Of a stretch of DNA of 64,000 nucleotides, positions 21,239 to 30,390 are shown piece after piece (the stretch's first letter is position 1; the number at the start of each line of letters is the position of its first letter). Below the pieces are notes generated by a model. That model did not search any database. It had not been told where the DNA came from and worked only from the letters and a program-made list of their open reading frames with translations. Where the stretch lies: assembly GCA_050250935.1 (NCBI GenBank), contig JBFWNS010000005.1, positions 43,523 through 107,522 on the forward strand, given 5' to 3'. A program made the position numbers and the translations under genes. The stretch is from Candidatus Margulisiibacteriota bacterium (GTDB lineage Bacteria; Margulisbacteria; Marinamargulisbacteria; JBFWNS01).

Positions 21239-22353
21239 CCGAATCGGTTGATGGTGTCGACGATATAGTCCAGCTGACCCCGGGTTAGTTCTGCATAAAT
21301 GGGAATAGAAAGGACTTGGTTGGCCGCTTTTTCGCTGTTGGGCATGTCCCCGGCTTTGTAGCCCAAATGGGCAAAACATTCTTGTAGATGGAGGGGGACG
21401 GGGTAATAAATCGCGTTGCCAATTTTATGCTTGTTCAGATGATCGATTAGCTCGTTTCGGCGTGGGGTTTGTAGGGTGTATTGATTAAAAATCATGCGGC
21501 CTTTGGTATGGACCACGGGGGTTTGGATGCCTTTGAGGTGTTGGGTGTAGTAGTTTGCATTTTGAATGCGACGTTCGTGTTGGTCTTCGAGTAGAGGCAG
21601 TTTGACCAAAAGAATAGCGGCTTGAAGGGTGTCCAATCGGAAGTTGCCGCCAATGAGTTTGTGGTAATACCGGGGTTGGGCCCCATGGTTTCTTAAAATG
21701 ACCAATTTTTCGGCCAATTGGGGGTTGTTGGTGGTGATTAACCCGCCATCCCCAGCACAGCCGAGGTTTTTACTGGGGAAAAAGGAGAAACACCCCATGT
21801 CGCCCAAAGACCCGGCTTTGTATTCTTTGCCTTCGTGGATGTAAGTGGATCCAATGGCTTGGGCGGCGTCTTCAATCACCACCAGGTTGTGTTTTTTTGC
21901 GATGGCTAAAATAGGGGTCATGTCGGCCATTTGCCCGAACACATGAACAGGCATGATGGCTTTGGTTTTGGCCGTGATTTTGGCTTCGATTTTATTGGGA
22001 TCGATGTTGAAGGTGTCGTCGATATCCACAAAAACCGGAACGCCACCCAGCCGAGAAATGCTGCCGGCTGTTGCAAAAAAAGTAAAGGGAGAGGTAATGA
22101 CTTCGTCACCCGGTTGTAAATCGATGGCCATCAAGGCCATTAACAGGGCATCGGTTCCAGAGGTAACACCAATGCCATGGGCACTGCCGCAATAGGCGGC
22201 GGTTTGGCGTTCCAATTCGGCAACTTGTGGCCCTAAAATGAACTGTTTTTCTTCAAAAACCTGGCGCATAACGGCTAAAATTTGGTCAGAAATGGGTTCG
22301 TATTGGGCTTGAAGATCGAGAAGCGGAACGTGGGTGATGGTTGAGGTTGTCAT
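21235..22353 (-). CDS. DegT/DnrJ sugar aminotransferase (WbpE-like)
   Basis: SGTDALLMAL, EDAAQAIG, SFFPSKNLG and GGNFRLDTLQAA. Confidence 0.9.
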   Translation of the reverse strand: MTTSTITHVPLLDLQAQYEPISDQILAVMRQVFEEKQFILGPQVAELERQTAAYCGSAHGIGVTSGTDALLMALMAIDLQPGDEVITSPFTFFATAGSISRLGGVPVFVDIDDTFNIDPNKIEAKITAKTKAIMPVHVFGQMADMTPILAIAKKHNLVVIEDAAQAIGSTYIHEGKEYKAGSLGDMGCFSFFPSKNLGCAGDGGLITTNNPQLAEKLVILRNHGAQPRYYHKLIGGNFRLDTLQAAILLVKLPLLEDQHERRIQNANYYTQHLKGIQTPVVHTKGRMIFNQYTLQTPRRNELIDHLNKHKIGNAIYYPVPLHLQECFAHLGYKAGDMPNSEKAANQVLSIPIYAELTRGQLDYIVDTINRFG

Positions 22354-22471
22354 GTCAAATCCTTAACAGAAAAATTGATGGGACGTTACGGGTTGTTGTT
22401 TGAAAATTAGTGTAAGCTAAAAAGCTGTTTTTGTAAAAAACCAGGATGAATCTTGACCTTGAAAGGGGGGC

Positions 22472-23080
22472 TTAAAGTTTTAGCAGGGTTTTAAAAATCA
22501 AAGCCAAATCGGTTTTAAACGATACCTGTTGGATGTAGTCCAAGTATAAGTTGATTTTTTGGGGCAGAATGATTTCGATATAGGCTTTTTCGGTGTCGGG
22601 ATAGGTGGCCAAGAGGGCTTCTTCGTTTCGAAAGGCAATGGCGGCGTTGTCGGTGATGCCGGGGCGCACCGTCAGCACTTTGGCATAGGCTACCGCATGG
22701 GTTTGGGTGTAACGTTCCAGTTCGGGACGGGGGCCCACCAGGCTCATATCGCCAACCAGGACGTTCCACAGCTGGGGCAATTCGTCGGCTTTGGTGGCCC
22801 GGAGCCATTTGCCAATGGGGGTAATGCGGGGATCGTTTTCTTGGGTGACCCCAAGCCCTTTGTTGTCCACGACCATGGACCGAAATTTATACAACGTGAA
22901 GGGTTTTCCAAAACGGCCCATGCGGATTTGGCGAAATAAAACAGGCCCAGGCGAGCTTATTTTGATGCGTAAAGCGATCAGGCAGAGCAGTGGTGAAAGT
23001 AAGATTAGGCCAACCCCCGCTGCAAGACCATCAAATAGCCGTTTTCCAACCGTGGTATAGAAGGTGGGGCTAGCGGGCAT
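22472..23080 (-). CDS. initiating phosphoglycosyl transferase (PglC/WbaP C-terminal family)
   Basis: KRLFD, YKFRSM, DPRITPIG, DELPQLWNVLVGDMSLVGPRPE and RPGIT. Confidence 0.93.
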   Translation of the reverse strand: MPASPTFYTTVGKRLFDGLAAGVGLILLSPLLCLIALRIKISSPGPVLFRQIRMGRFGKPFTLYKFRSMVVDNKGLGVTQENDPRITPIGKWLRATKADELPQLWNVLVGDMSLVGPRPELERYTQTHAVAYAKVLTVRPGITDNAAIAFRNEEALLATYPDTEKAYIEIILPQKINLYLDYIQQVSFKTDLALIFKTLLKL

Positions 23081-24191
23081 GCTTTAGAACAGTTTGGATA
23101 ATGCGGGTGCAGTCTTCTTCTGAAAGATCTGGATAAATGGGCAGCGACAGGGATTGTTCAAACACAGCCTCTGCCACCGGATAGTCCGAGGCTTGATAGC
23201 CATAGGTGTTTTTGTAGTAGGTATGTCGGTGTACAGGAATAAAATGGACAGAGACCCCAATGTCGGCACGTTTGAGTTGTTCGATAACCTCGTCTCGGTT
23301 TTGGACTTTGATGACATACAAATGATGGGAAGAGACCCGGTCTTTGGGGACGCTTAAGGGGGTAATCGGCGTGTTTGCAAACGCGGCATCGTAGGTTGAT
23401 GCAATTTTTGCCCGTTCTTCTTGCATCCAAAACAATTTTCGAAGTTGGGCCAATCCCAGGCCTGCATTTAGGTCGGTCATGTTGTATTTAAACCCGTTGT
23501 CCACCACATCGTAGGCCCAGGATCCGGCCAGGGTGTATCGGTCCCAGGCATCTCGACTGATGCCATGAAGCCGGTTGATTTTCATGTGTTTGAAATAGGC
23601 TTCGTTGGACGTACAGGCCATTCCGCCTTCCCCAGCGGCTAGGGTTTTGGTGGCGTAAAAAGAAAAACAGGTAATGTCTCCAAAGGTGCCGATGAGCTGG
23701 CCTTTATACCAGGCCGGCAGGCCATGGGCGGAATCTTCAATCACAAAAAGACCGTGTTTTTTTGCCAAGGCAAGCAGGGCATCCATATCGCAAGGAATTC
23801 CCGCAAAATGAACCGGGATGATGGCTTTGGTTTTTGAGGTTATTTTAGACTCAATTTGGGTTGCGTCTATGTTATGTGTGGTGGCTTCAACATCACATAA
23901 AACGGGGATGGCATTAAAATAAGTCACCACTTCGGCTGTAGCGATGAAGGTGGTGGTGGGAATAATGACCTCGTCGCCGGCTTGCAAGCCGATGGCTTTT
24001 AAGGCCAAGTGCAAAGCTGCCGTTGCAGAGTTAACGGCCACGTTGAAGGGGGCTCCAATGGCGTTGCCAAATTCGGTTTCAAAGGCCAGGGTTTTGGGGC
24101 CCATGGTCAGCCAGCCACTTCGAATGGCTTCGGAGACTTCCGTGACCTCTTCCTCGGTTATGTGGGCTTTGTGGAAGGGAATGGGGTTCAT
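23070..24191 (-). CDS. DegT/SpsC/ArnB-like sugar 4-aminotransferase
   Basis: Starts MNPIPFH (ATGA overlap with rfbB). SGWLTMGP, EDSAH, SFYATKTLAAGEGG and GFKYNMTD. Confidence 0.92.
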   Translation of the reverse strand: MNPIPFHKAHITEEEVTEVSEAIRSGWLTMGPKTLAFETEFGNAIGAPFNVAVNSATAALHLALKAIGLQAGDEVIIPTTTFIATAEVVTYFNAIPVLCDVEATTHNIDATQIESKITSKTKAIIPVHFAGIPCDMDALLALAKKHGLFVIEDSAHGLPAWYKGQLIGTFGDITCFSFYATKTLAAGEGGMACTSNEAYFKHMKINRLHGISRDAWDRYTLAGSWAYDVVDNGFKYNMTDLNAGLGLAQLRKLFWMQEERAKIASTYDAAFANTPITPLSVPKDRVSSHHLYVIKVQNRDEVIEQLKRADIGVSVHFIPVHRHTYYKNTYGYQASDYPVAEAVFEQSLSLPIYPDLSEEDCTRIIQTVLKHAR

Positions 24192-25153
24192 GTTAGAAAG
24201 TGGGGGTGATCCAAATACCATTGAACGGTGTTGGCCAGGCCGGTTTCCAAAGAAACAGACGGAGTCCATCCCAATTCACGATTCAATTTTGAAAAATCAA
24301 TGGCATATCGAAAATCGTGGCCGAGTCGGTCTTCCACAAAAGAAATCAGAGAGGTTGGTTTTTTTAAAATGGATAAAATAAGGTGTGCCATGGACAGATT
24401 ATCGGTTTCGGCGTTCCCCCCAACGTTATAAACCTCGCCAATTTGGCCTTGTTTTAAAACCAGATCAATGGCTTTGCAGTGGTCTTCCACATACAACCAA
24501 TCCCGAACATTTTTGCCGTTGCCATAAATGGGAAGAGGTTCGTTGGCCAAGGCTTTTCGAATCAGAACCGGGATTAATTTTTCGGGGAATTGATAAGGGC
24601 CATAATTGTTGGAACAGCGGGTGATGAGGGTGGGGAGTCCATGGGTTTCGTGATAGGCCCGAACCAATAAATCGGAGCTGGCTTTAGAGGCCGAATAGGG
24701 ACTGTTCGGGGCCAATGGGGTGGTTTCTGTAAAAAGCCCGGTCTCGCCCAAGGTGCCATATACTTCGTCGGTCGAAACATGGACAAACCGTTGAATGCCA
24801 CTGTGTTTGGCAGCATCCAATAACACTTGGGTTCCCAGAACGTTGGTTGTCACAAAAGGGGTGCTGTCCAAAATGCTGCGGTCCACATGGGATTCGGCTG
24901 CAAAATGAACCACGGCATCGGGCTTTACAGTTTCAAAGACGGTTTTAACAAAGGCCTTGTCTTCGATACGACCATGGTGAAATTGATACCGGGAACTTTG
25001 GGCCAATTCCGCCACGTTTTCCAGGCGTCCGGCATAGGTTAGGGCATCTAGATTGTGTAAAATTACATCGGGATAGGTTTGGTGCATGTAGCGTAAAAAA
25101 CAGGAGCCAATGAATCCTGCGCCGCCGGTTATCAGTAGGGTTTTTGGGGTCAT
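24188..25153 (-). CDS. rfbB: dTDP-glucose 4,6-dehydratase
   Basis: GGAGFIG, AAESHVDRSI, STDEVYG, YSASK and NNYGPYQFPEKLIP. Start set at MTPKTLL. Confidence 0.95.
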   Translation of the reverse strand: MTPKTLLITGGAGFIGSCFLRYMHQTYPDVILHNLDALTYAGRLENVAELAQSSRYQFHHGRIEDKAFVKTVFETVKPDAVVHFAAESHVDRSILDSTPFVTTNVLGTQVLLDAAKHSGIQRFVHVSTDEVYGTLGETGLFTETTPLAPNSPYSASKASSDLLVRAYHETHGLPTLITRCSNNYGPYQFPEKLIPVLIRKALANEPLPIYGNGKNVRDWLYVEDHCKAIDLVLKQGQIGEVYNVGGNAETDNLSMAHLILSILKKPTSLISFVEDRLGHDFRYAIDFSKLNRELGWTPSVSLETGLANTVQWYLDHPHFLT

Positions 25154-25212
25154 GTCTTGTAGGGTAATGGGAGGCTGAAATTTTGGCAACCGTTCGGATA
25201 GCGCCCAGGGGC

Positions 25213-25821
25213 TTATTTGGGGAAGGGCAACTCTGTTTTTTTGCTGACCAAAATGGGGTGGCCAACGCAACTCAATAGCGGTAAATCCGAGCGTTCATTG
25301 CCATAGGCAGCGGCGTTGACAAGGTCACTGGCTTTGAAATGGGCAAGCAAACAATCTTTTTTGGCAGTTCCTCGCAAAATGGGGCCGTTTAGGTGGCCGG
25401 TAAAAGTGGTTGGGGTTGTTTGGAGTTCGGTAGCAAACCAGGTTTGAACTTTTAATGCTGCTGCAATGCGACTGACCAAGGGGGCAATATTGGCCGAGAG
25501 TAAAACAATCGGTATGTTCTGGTTTTGATAGTGCCGAAGCACGAGCCTGGCAGAAGGTTTTAGAATTTTGGGGAAACGGGTTTGAACCCAACGGTCGAAT
25601 AAAAGTTCCGCGGTTGTTTGGTTTAAATGTTTTAAACAAACCCAAACCCAAGCGTGGTAAAAAACAGGGTGGGATATTAATCGGCATTTGAAAGCCAAAT
25701 AGAGGGCGAATCCCGTCAAAAAACGCAGGGGATGGTAGCGGATTCCAAACCCTGTAAAATCGATTAAGCTATCGCGAAGGGTCAGGGTGCCATCGATATC
25801 AAAAATAACCAGGGTTGTCAT
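25213..25821 (-). CDS. HAD-IB family phosphatase
   Basis: FDIDGTLT motif I, LLSA motif II, conserved Lys and YGNERSDLPLL motif IV. Confidence 0.85.
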   Translation of the reverse strand: MTTLVIFDIDGTLTLRDSLIDFTGFGIRYHPLRFLTGFALYLAFKCRLISHPVFYHAWVWVCLKHLNQTTAELLFDRWVQTRFPKILKPSARLVLRHYQNQNIPIVLLSANIAPLVSRIAAALKVQTWFATELQTTPTTFTGHLNGPILRGTAKKDCLLAHFKASDLVNAAAYGNERSDLPLLSCVGHPILVSKKTELPFPK

Positions 25822-26984
25822 AATTTCGTAATATCAAACTGTGTTTGAGCGGTTGGGTTTAGCTGTCGGGCTTTTAAAAATCGGGCGCCATAATTGGCGA
25901 TTTCGCCTAGAAAACAACCCACATCATCGGACCAAACATCGTCGTAGCCTTCTGCGGATGCGGTTAAAAAGGTCGGGCTAAACCGTTTTTTGGCCAAGCC
26001 ATAGGAAAGGGTTGCCAGCACACTTCCCAAAACCCATTTAACCCGAATATTTTTTGTATAGTCCGTTTGAGGCGCTACATCGCCATGCTTGAGAATGGAA
26101 TACATTAGCCATGGAAAATGAAGTCCACAGTGATAGGGCAAGGCCAAAGATCCCCATAACCGAGGGTTGATTTCCATCAGCCACAGTTGGTTGGTGAGGG
26201 GGTTCACTTTAAATTCCACCATGGCCGGACCCACCCAATTGAGTGCGGATAACAACCGTTTGGCATGGGCTTCCAATTCGGCATGTTGGGTGCTGATGCG
26301 CAGGGTGCTGGTTCCCCCAGAGACCAATTTTTCTTGGAGGCGTTTGTGGGTAAAGCTGGCCCGAAGTTGGGCATCTTGGTTATAGAGCAGGCACACCCCA
26401 AAGCCGTCGCCTTGTACATATTCTTGCAAGGAAAATTGCCCCAAATTGGGGATGTGTTGGTGTAGATCTTGCCTATCCTTTAAAAAAAAGACCCCTTTCG
26501 AGCTATTGGATTGGTGGTATTTCAACACAATGGGTTTTGGAAAAGCTTCAAAAAAAGACAGGGCTTCGGTCTCTGTAAAGGGCACAATCGAGGTGGGGGT
26601 TGGTACACCGAGTTGTTGGGCCAAGGCCATGGTTTTGTCTTTTAAATGGGCGGTTTTGATCGACTCGAAGCTGGGGAGCAAGGTTTTGATGCCGGCCTGT
26701 TTTAAGGTGTTTTGGTATTTGGATGCGATGAGTGTTTCTTCGTGAGTGGGGAAAAAATAAGGAATCTCGTGTTCGGTGGCGTAGGTGATGATTCGGTTTA
26801 AAAAAGCCTCGGGGTTATCGAAAAAAGAGGGATAGGTAAAATGCCGATGGGTCCAGCGCGACCACCGGTTCATGGTGATGCCGGAAACATCGCCAACGTG
26901 GGTTTCGATGCCATGTTCGGCCAAAGTTCGGTTTACAATGTAGGCAACCCGATTCCACCCATAGGTGATTAACGCCCGTTCCAC
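25818..26984 (-). CDS. ATP-grasp domain protein (carboxylate-amine ligase-like)
   Basis: KDKT...LGVPTP, PIVLK...SSKGV, LQEYVQG and MVEFK...LMEINPRLWGS. Confidence 0.88.
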   Translation of the reverse strand: MERALITYGWNRVAYIVNRTLAEHGIETHVGDVSGITMNRWSRWTHRHFTYPSFFDNPEAFLNRIITYATEHEIPYFFPTHEETLIASKYQNTLKQAGIKTLLPSFESIKTAHLKDKTMALAQQLGVPTPTSIVPFTETEALSFFEAFPKPIVLKYHQSNSSKGVFFLKDRQDLHQHIPNLGQFSLQEYVQGDGFGVCLLYNQDAQLRASFTHKRLQEKLVSGGTSTLRISTQHAELEAHAKRLLSALNWVGPAMVEFKVNPLTNQLWLMEINPRLWGSLALPYHCGLHFPWLMYSILKHGDVAPQTDYTKNIRVKWVLGSVLATLSYGLAKKRFSPTFLTASAEGYDDVWSDDVGCFLGEIANYGARFLKARQLNPTAQTQFDITKL

Positions 26985-29221
26985 TATACAATCTCCTGGC
27001 TATATTGATTTAAAAAGCGCAAAACGGGTTCGATGTTGGTGATGTCAGTTGGTAAGGTGCAGGTGTTTTGGGCGGCTTGAACGGCGTTTGGAAACTGTTC
27101 GGAATCAAAGCCATAGTCGGCCAGATGCGAGACAGGATGCAAAGGCGATGTAAACCAATCCCCGATGGGAATACGGTGTTCCTGGGCCAAGGCAAAAAAA
27201 CGGGTCCGGTTGGCCACGCGAATGGGGTAGAACAAGCATAAATGATCGTCCAGGCAAGGCGTGGGCAAGGTGATTTTTCCATGTTCAGATAACCAGCTGT
27301 GATACCGAAGCCCATTGGCTTTTCGGCGACGATTTTGGTCGGGCAGGGCGGATAACGCTTTTTGGGACAGTTTCTTTTGAAAAGAACTCATCCCCATAAA
27401 ATAGTTTTGGGGCATTTGGGTCGAGGTTAATTCTGTGCCTTGAGAAGAGCCAGTAATGAGGTGATGTTTGCTTAAAAACCGGTAACAATCCCGTAAAAAC
27501 CAATAGGTGGTATCGGTTAAAATAAGTTTTTTGAGGGTGATTTGGAGCCACAACGAAAAAACAGCCATGGGTTTGGGGGTGAGCAGCTGTTGGCAGACCC
27601 TGTTCACGGGGTCAATCCAGAGCGGATTGTTGATTTGAAGGTACCCGCCAATGCCGGTTGAAAACGGTTTGTTCCACTGACTCGAAAAAAAAGCCGCATC
27701 ACAAAAACTGCCGTTGGCCTGACCGTGATAGGTACCGCTGAAGCCGTGGGTGCAATCTTCTAGGGTTGGAATGCCGAGGTCTCGGCCTAGCTGGGCAATT
27801 TGATCCACTTCCCAAGACAAGCCATAGGTGTTTTGGCAGATAATCAGCTTGGTTTTGGGGGAGATAGCGGCTTTGATGGCGGTTGCATCGCAGCAATAGG
27901 TTTGTGGGTTAATGTCCACATAAACTGGGGTTGCGCCGGTATACAAAATCGCGTTGGGAACCACCACACAGGTGTAGGCCGGTAAAATGACCTCGTCTCC
28001 TGGGCCTATTTCTAGTGCTTTTAAAAAAGCATAGAGGGCAACCCGGCCCTTCCAAAAGGTAAACGGGGGGGCTAGTTGCTGCAGATAGGTTGTTTTAAGT
28101 GTGGTCCACAGGTTGGTTTGGTTGTATCGTTCGGCAACCAGGGGTCGGGCTTGGGCCTTCAATTGGGCCAATAGGGTGGGATGGGTGCACAGGTCTTGAA
28201 TGGCCTCTTGCAAGGCCTTGGCGTTTTTGGGGGGAATAATGAGGCCATTTTGTTGGTGTAAAATGACTTCGTTACAGCCCCCGATGTCGGTGGTAATGCA
28301 GGGGACTTCCATGGCGCAGGCTTGCAAAAGAATTTGTGGAAGCCCTTCTCGGTAGCTGGGCAGGACCACACAGTCGGCCATGGCCAAGATGGGGCGAATC
28401 TCTTTTTGAAAACCCAAGTAGGTGATGCTGGGGTGTGTTTGAATGGTGGTTTTGGTCCCGTCCGAAATGCGGTTGAGGCCTTCGTCAAAATCGCCGGCTA
28501 TCACGAGTTGGATCTTGGGCAGGGGGGTAAAAAGCGGGGTGCAAGCCGAGATCAGTTCTTCAATCCCTTTGTCTTTGACCAGGCGTCCTGCAAACAGTAG
28601 GACGAACTTGTCTTCAAGGTGATGGGCTTGTTTAAGGATTTTAGCCTGGTTTTCGAGTTCTGGGGTTCGCTGAAAATGGTTCAAATCCACCCCATTCGAG
28701 CTGCCATGCCCCAATAATAGTATTTTTTTAGGGTTGCAGAGGTGATGCGCTTGAATATAGCGAAGCAGTTCGGTTGAATTCGGTAATACCAAGGTGGCGG
28801 TGGCATAGGTTAGGCGTTCAATTTGGGTTAAAAGCCAGTGTTTGATTCCGGAGGTTTCGGTTAGTGGCATCCCTGCAACGGTGTGCAAACGAACGGGTAC
28901 TCGGGTCATCCACGCTGCCAACATGGCAATAATGCCGGCTTTTGGGGTGTGGCTGTGCACGATATCGGGTTTGAGTTTAAGAAAAAGACGGATCATGGCG
29001 ATTAAGGCATATAAATCGGCCAAAGGTGTTATTTTTCGAGACATGGGAATGCCGAGGGTGACGACCCCTTCGGCCATCTCGGTTTCGGCCAATTCGGGCT
29101 CGGGGCTCGAAACCGCGTAAATCTCGAAATGGTTGGCCATAAACCGCAATTGTCCGGCCAATAAATACCGAAACGATTTGGGCTTTGTGACCACTCGGAC
29201 CAGTTTGGGACGATGGCTCAT
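26984..29221 (-). CDS. GT4 glycosyltransferase fused to a DegT-family aminotransferase (745 aa)
   Basis: N-half: HSHTPKAG and LPSYREGLPQILLQA. C-half: WKGRVAL, GDEVILPAYTC, EDCTH and SSQWNKPFSTGIGG. One open frame. Confidence 0.85.
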   Translation of the reverse strand: MSHRPKLVRVVTKPKSFRYLLAGQLRFMANHFEIYAVSSPEPELAETEMAEGVVTLGIPMSRKITPLADLYALIAMIRLFLKLKPDIVHSHTPKAGIIAMLAAWMTRVPVRLHTVAGMPLTETSGIKHWLLTQIERLTYATATLVLPNSTELLRYIQAHHLCNPKKILLLGHGSSNGVDLNHFQRTPELENQAKILKQAHHLEDKFVLLFAGRLVKDKGIEELISACTPLFTPLPKIQLVIAGDFDEGLNRISDGTKTTIQTHPSITYLGFQKEIRPILAMADCVVLPSYREGLPQILLQACAMEVPCITTDIGGCNEVILHQQNGLIIPPKNAKALQEAIQDLCTHPTLLAQLKAQARPLVAERYNQTNLWTTLKTTYLQQLAPPFTFWKGRVALYAFLKALEIGPGDEVILPAYTCVVVPNAILYTGATPVYVDINPQTYCCDATAIKAAISPKTKLIICQNTYGLSWEVDQIAQLGRDLGIPTLEDCTHGFSGTYHGQANGSFCDAAFFSSQWNKPFSTGIGGYLQINNPLWIDPVNRVCQQLLTPKPMAVFSLWLQITLKKLILTDTTYWFLRDCYRFLSKHHLITGSSQGTELTSTQMPQNYFMGMSSFQKKLSQKALSALPDQNRRRKANGLRYHSWLSEHGKITLPTPCLDDHLCLFYPIRVANRTRFFALAQEHRIPIGDWFTSPLHPVSHLADYGFDSEQFPNAVQAAQNTCTLPTDITNIEPVLRFLNQYSQEIV

Positions 29222-30390
29222 GTGTTTTTTTGCTGTTGCTGGTGATTTTGGTAAAGCAGAATTAAAAAAAGCAAAATGTGTAGCACCATCCATTTTTGGC
29301 GCACCGAAATGCCTAAATTGAAATTGGTAAGCCCCAACATGGCAGAACCAAATAGCCAATAAAAAAAGAAAAGTTTGGGGTAAAATTCTCGGGTTTTAAT
29401 AATATAGGCCCAAAACCGAAGGTTAAATAGGTCGCGACACAGCCACAACAAAATCAGATTTTCGAAAGAGACAATCAGCATCAGTGCGTTTTTGGCATCA
29501 AAAAAGAGTGGTCTAAATGAGAAGGCAAAGATTTTTTCGGGGAAGCTTGCGTGGGATAAATCCACTTTAGAGTTTGAAGGGTTGTGGCCAGATCGGATGT
29601 CAATGTAGGCATTGAGTTGATCTAGGTTCGAGAGATTCGGGAGGCCAACATATCGTAAAATCATGACGGTACTCGAGGCTATCGTTAGGCCTATAAGAAT
29701 GAGTAAAACCATTTTTTTGAAGCTGAAAATACTGCTTTCTGAAAAAACGAGTCCAAAGGCATATCCTAGCAATAAAAGCCCAAAAATATGGGGCCTCATG
29801 GCGAGTACGACAAATCCCCCTAGGCCAAAGGTTAGTATTTTTTTTAAGGGATGGTCTGCACGACTTAAAAATAGCCCAATGCCCAGCTGAATCAGAGAGT
29901 CTTTGCCGAGGGCGCAGCTCCAAAAATGGAAGCCTGGCAGCAGAAAAATACCATTTAAAATGCGGTGTTGAGCTGGATATTGGAGTTTTTCATGAATTTT
30001 TAAATACAGGCAAAAAAGACCAATGAAGCCCAAAAGGCCAAAAATGGTGGTCACAGAAAAATACCCAAGCCCAAAAAAATGAATAAAAGGATAGGTTACA
30101 GCAACCACAGCCCTGGTTCCCAGGCGCTTGGGGATGGTCCAGTGATCCAGTACAAAGGCATCTTTGAAATAGAGGGTGGCATCGGCCGTCATCCCATTGG
30201 CTGAAAGATAGGCATAAAAGAGGCCAAACACCACATGCAGGCACAGCACAAAGGTTAAAAAACCGGCCTTTAAATGGGGCTTTCGAAGGACTAGCCACCG
30301 GTAGAAAAAGTAAATGCCAACGGGCAATAGTAAAAAGAAAACGATATCCGGTAACCCGTAGGCAACCAAAAGGGCTCTATACTCGGACAT
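29218..30390 (-). CDS. polytopic membrane protein, putative Wzy-type polymerase or GT-C fold
   Basis: About 10 hydrophobic segments with ADATLY, FWSCALGKDS, MRPH and NLGISVRQK. Confidence 0.65.
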   Translation of the reverse strand: MSEYRALLVAYGLPDIVFFLLLPVGIYFFYRWLVLRKPHLKAGFLTFVLCLHVVFGLFYAYLSANGMTADATLYFKDAFVLDHWTIPKRLGTRAVVAVTYPFIHFFGLGYFSVTTIFGLLGFIGLFCLYLKIHEKLQYPAQHRILNGIFLLPGFHFWSCALGKDSLIQLGIGLFLSRADHPLKKILTFGLGGFVVLAMRPHIFGLLLLGYAFGLVFSESSIFSFKKMVLLILIGLTIASSTVMILRYVGLPNLSNLDQLNAYIDIRSGHNPSNSKVDLSHASFPEKIFAFSFRPLFFDAKNALMLIVSFENLILLWLCRDLFNLRFWAYIIKTREFYPKLFFFYWLFGSAMLGLTNFNLGISVRQKWMVLHILLFLILLYQNHQQQQKNT

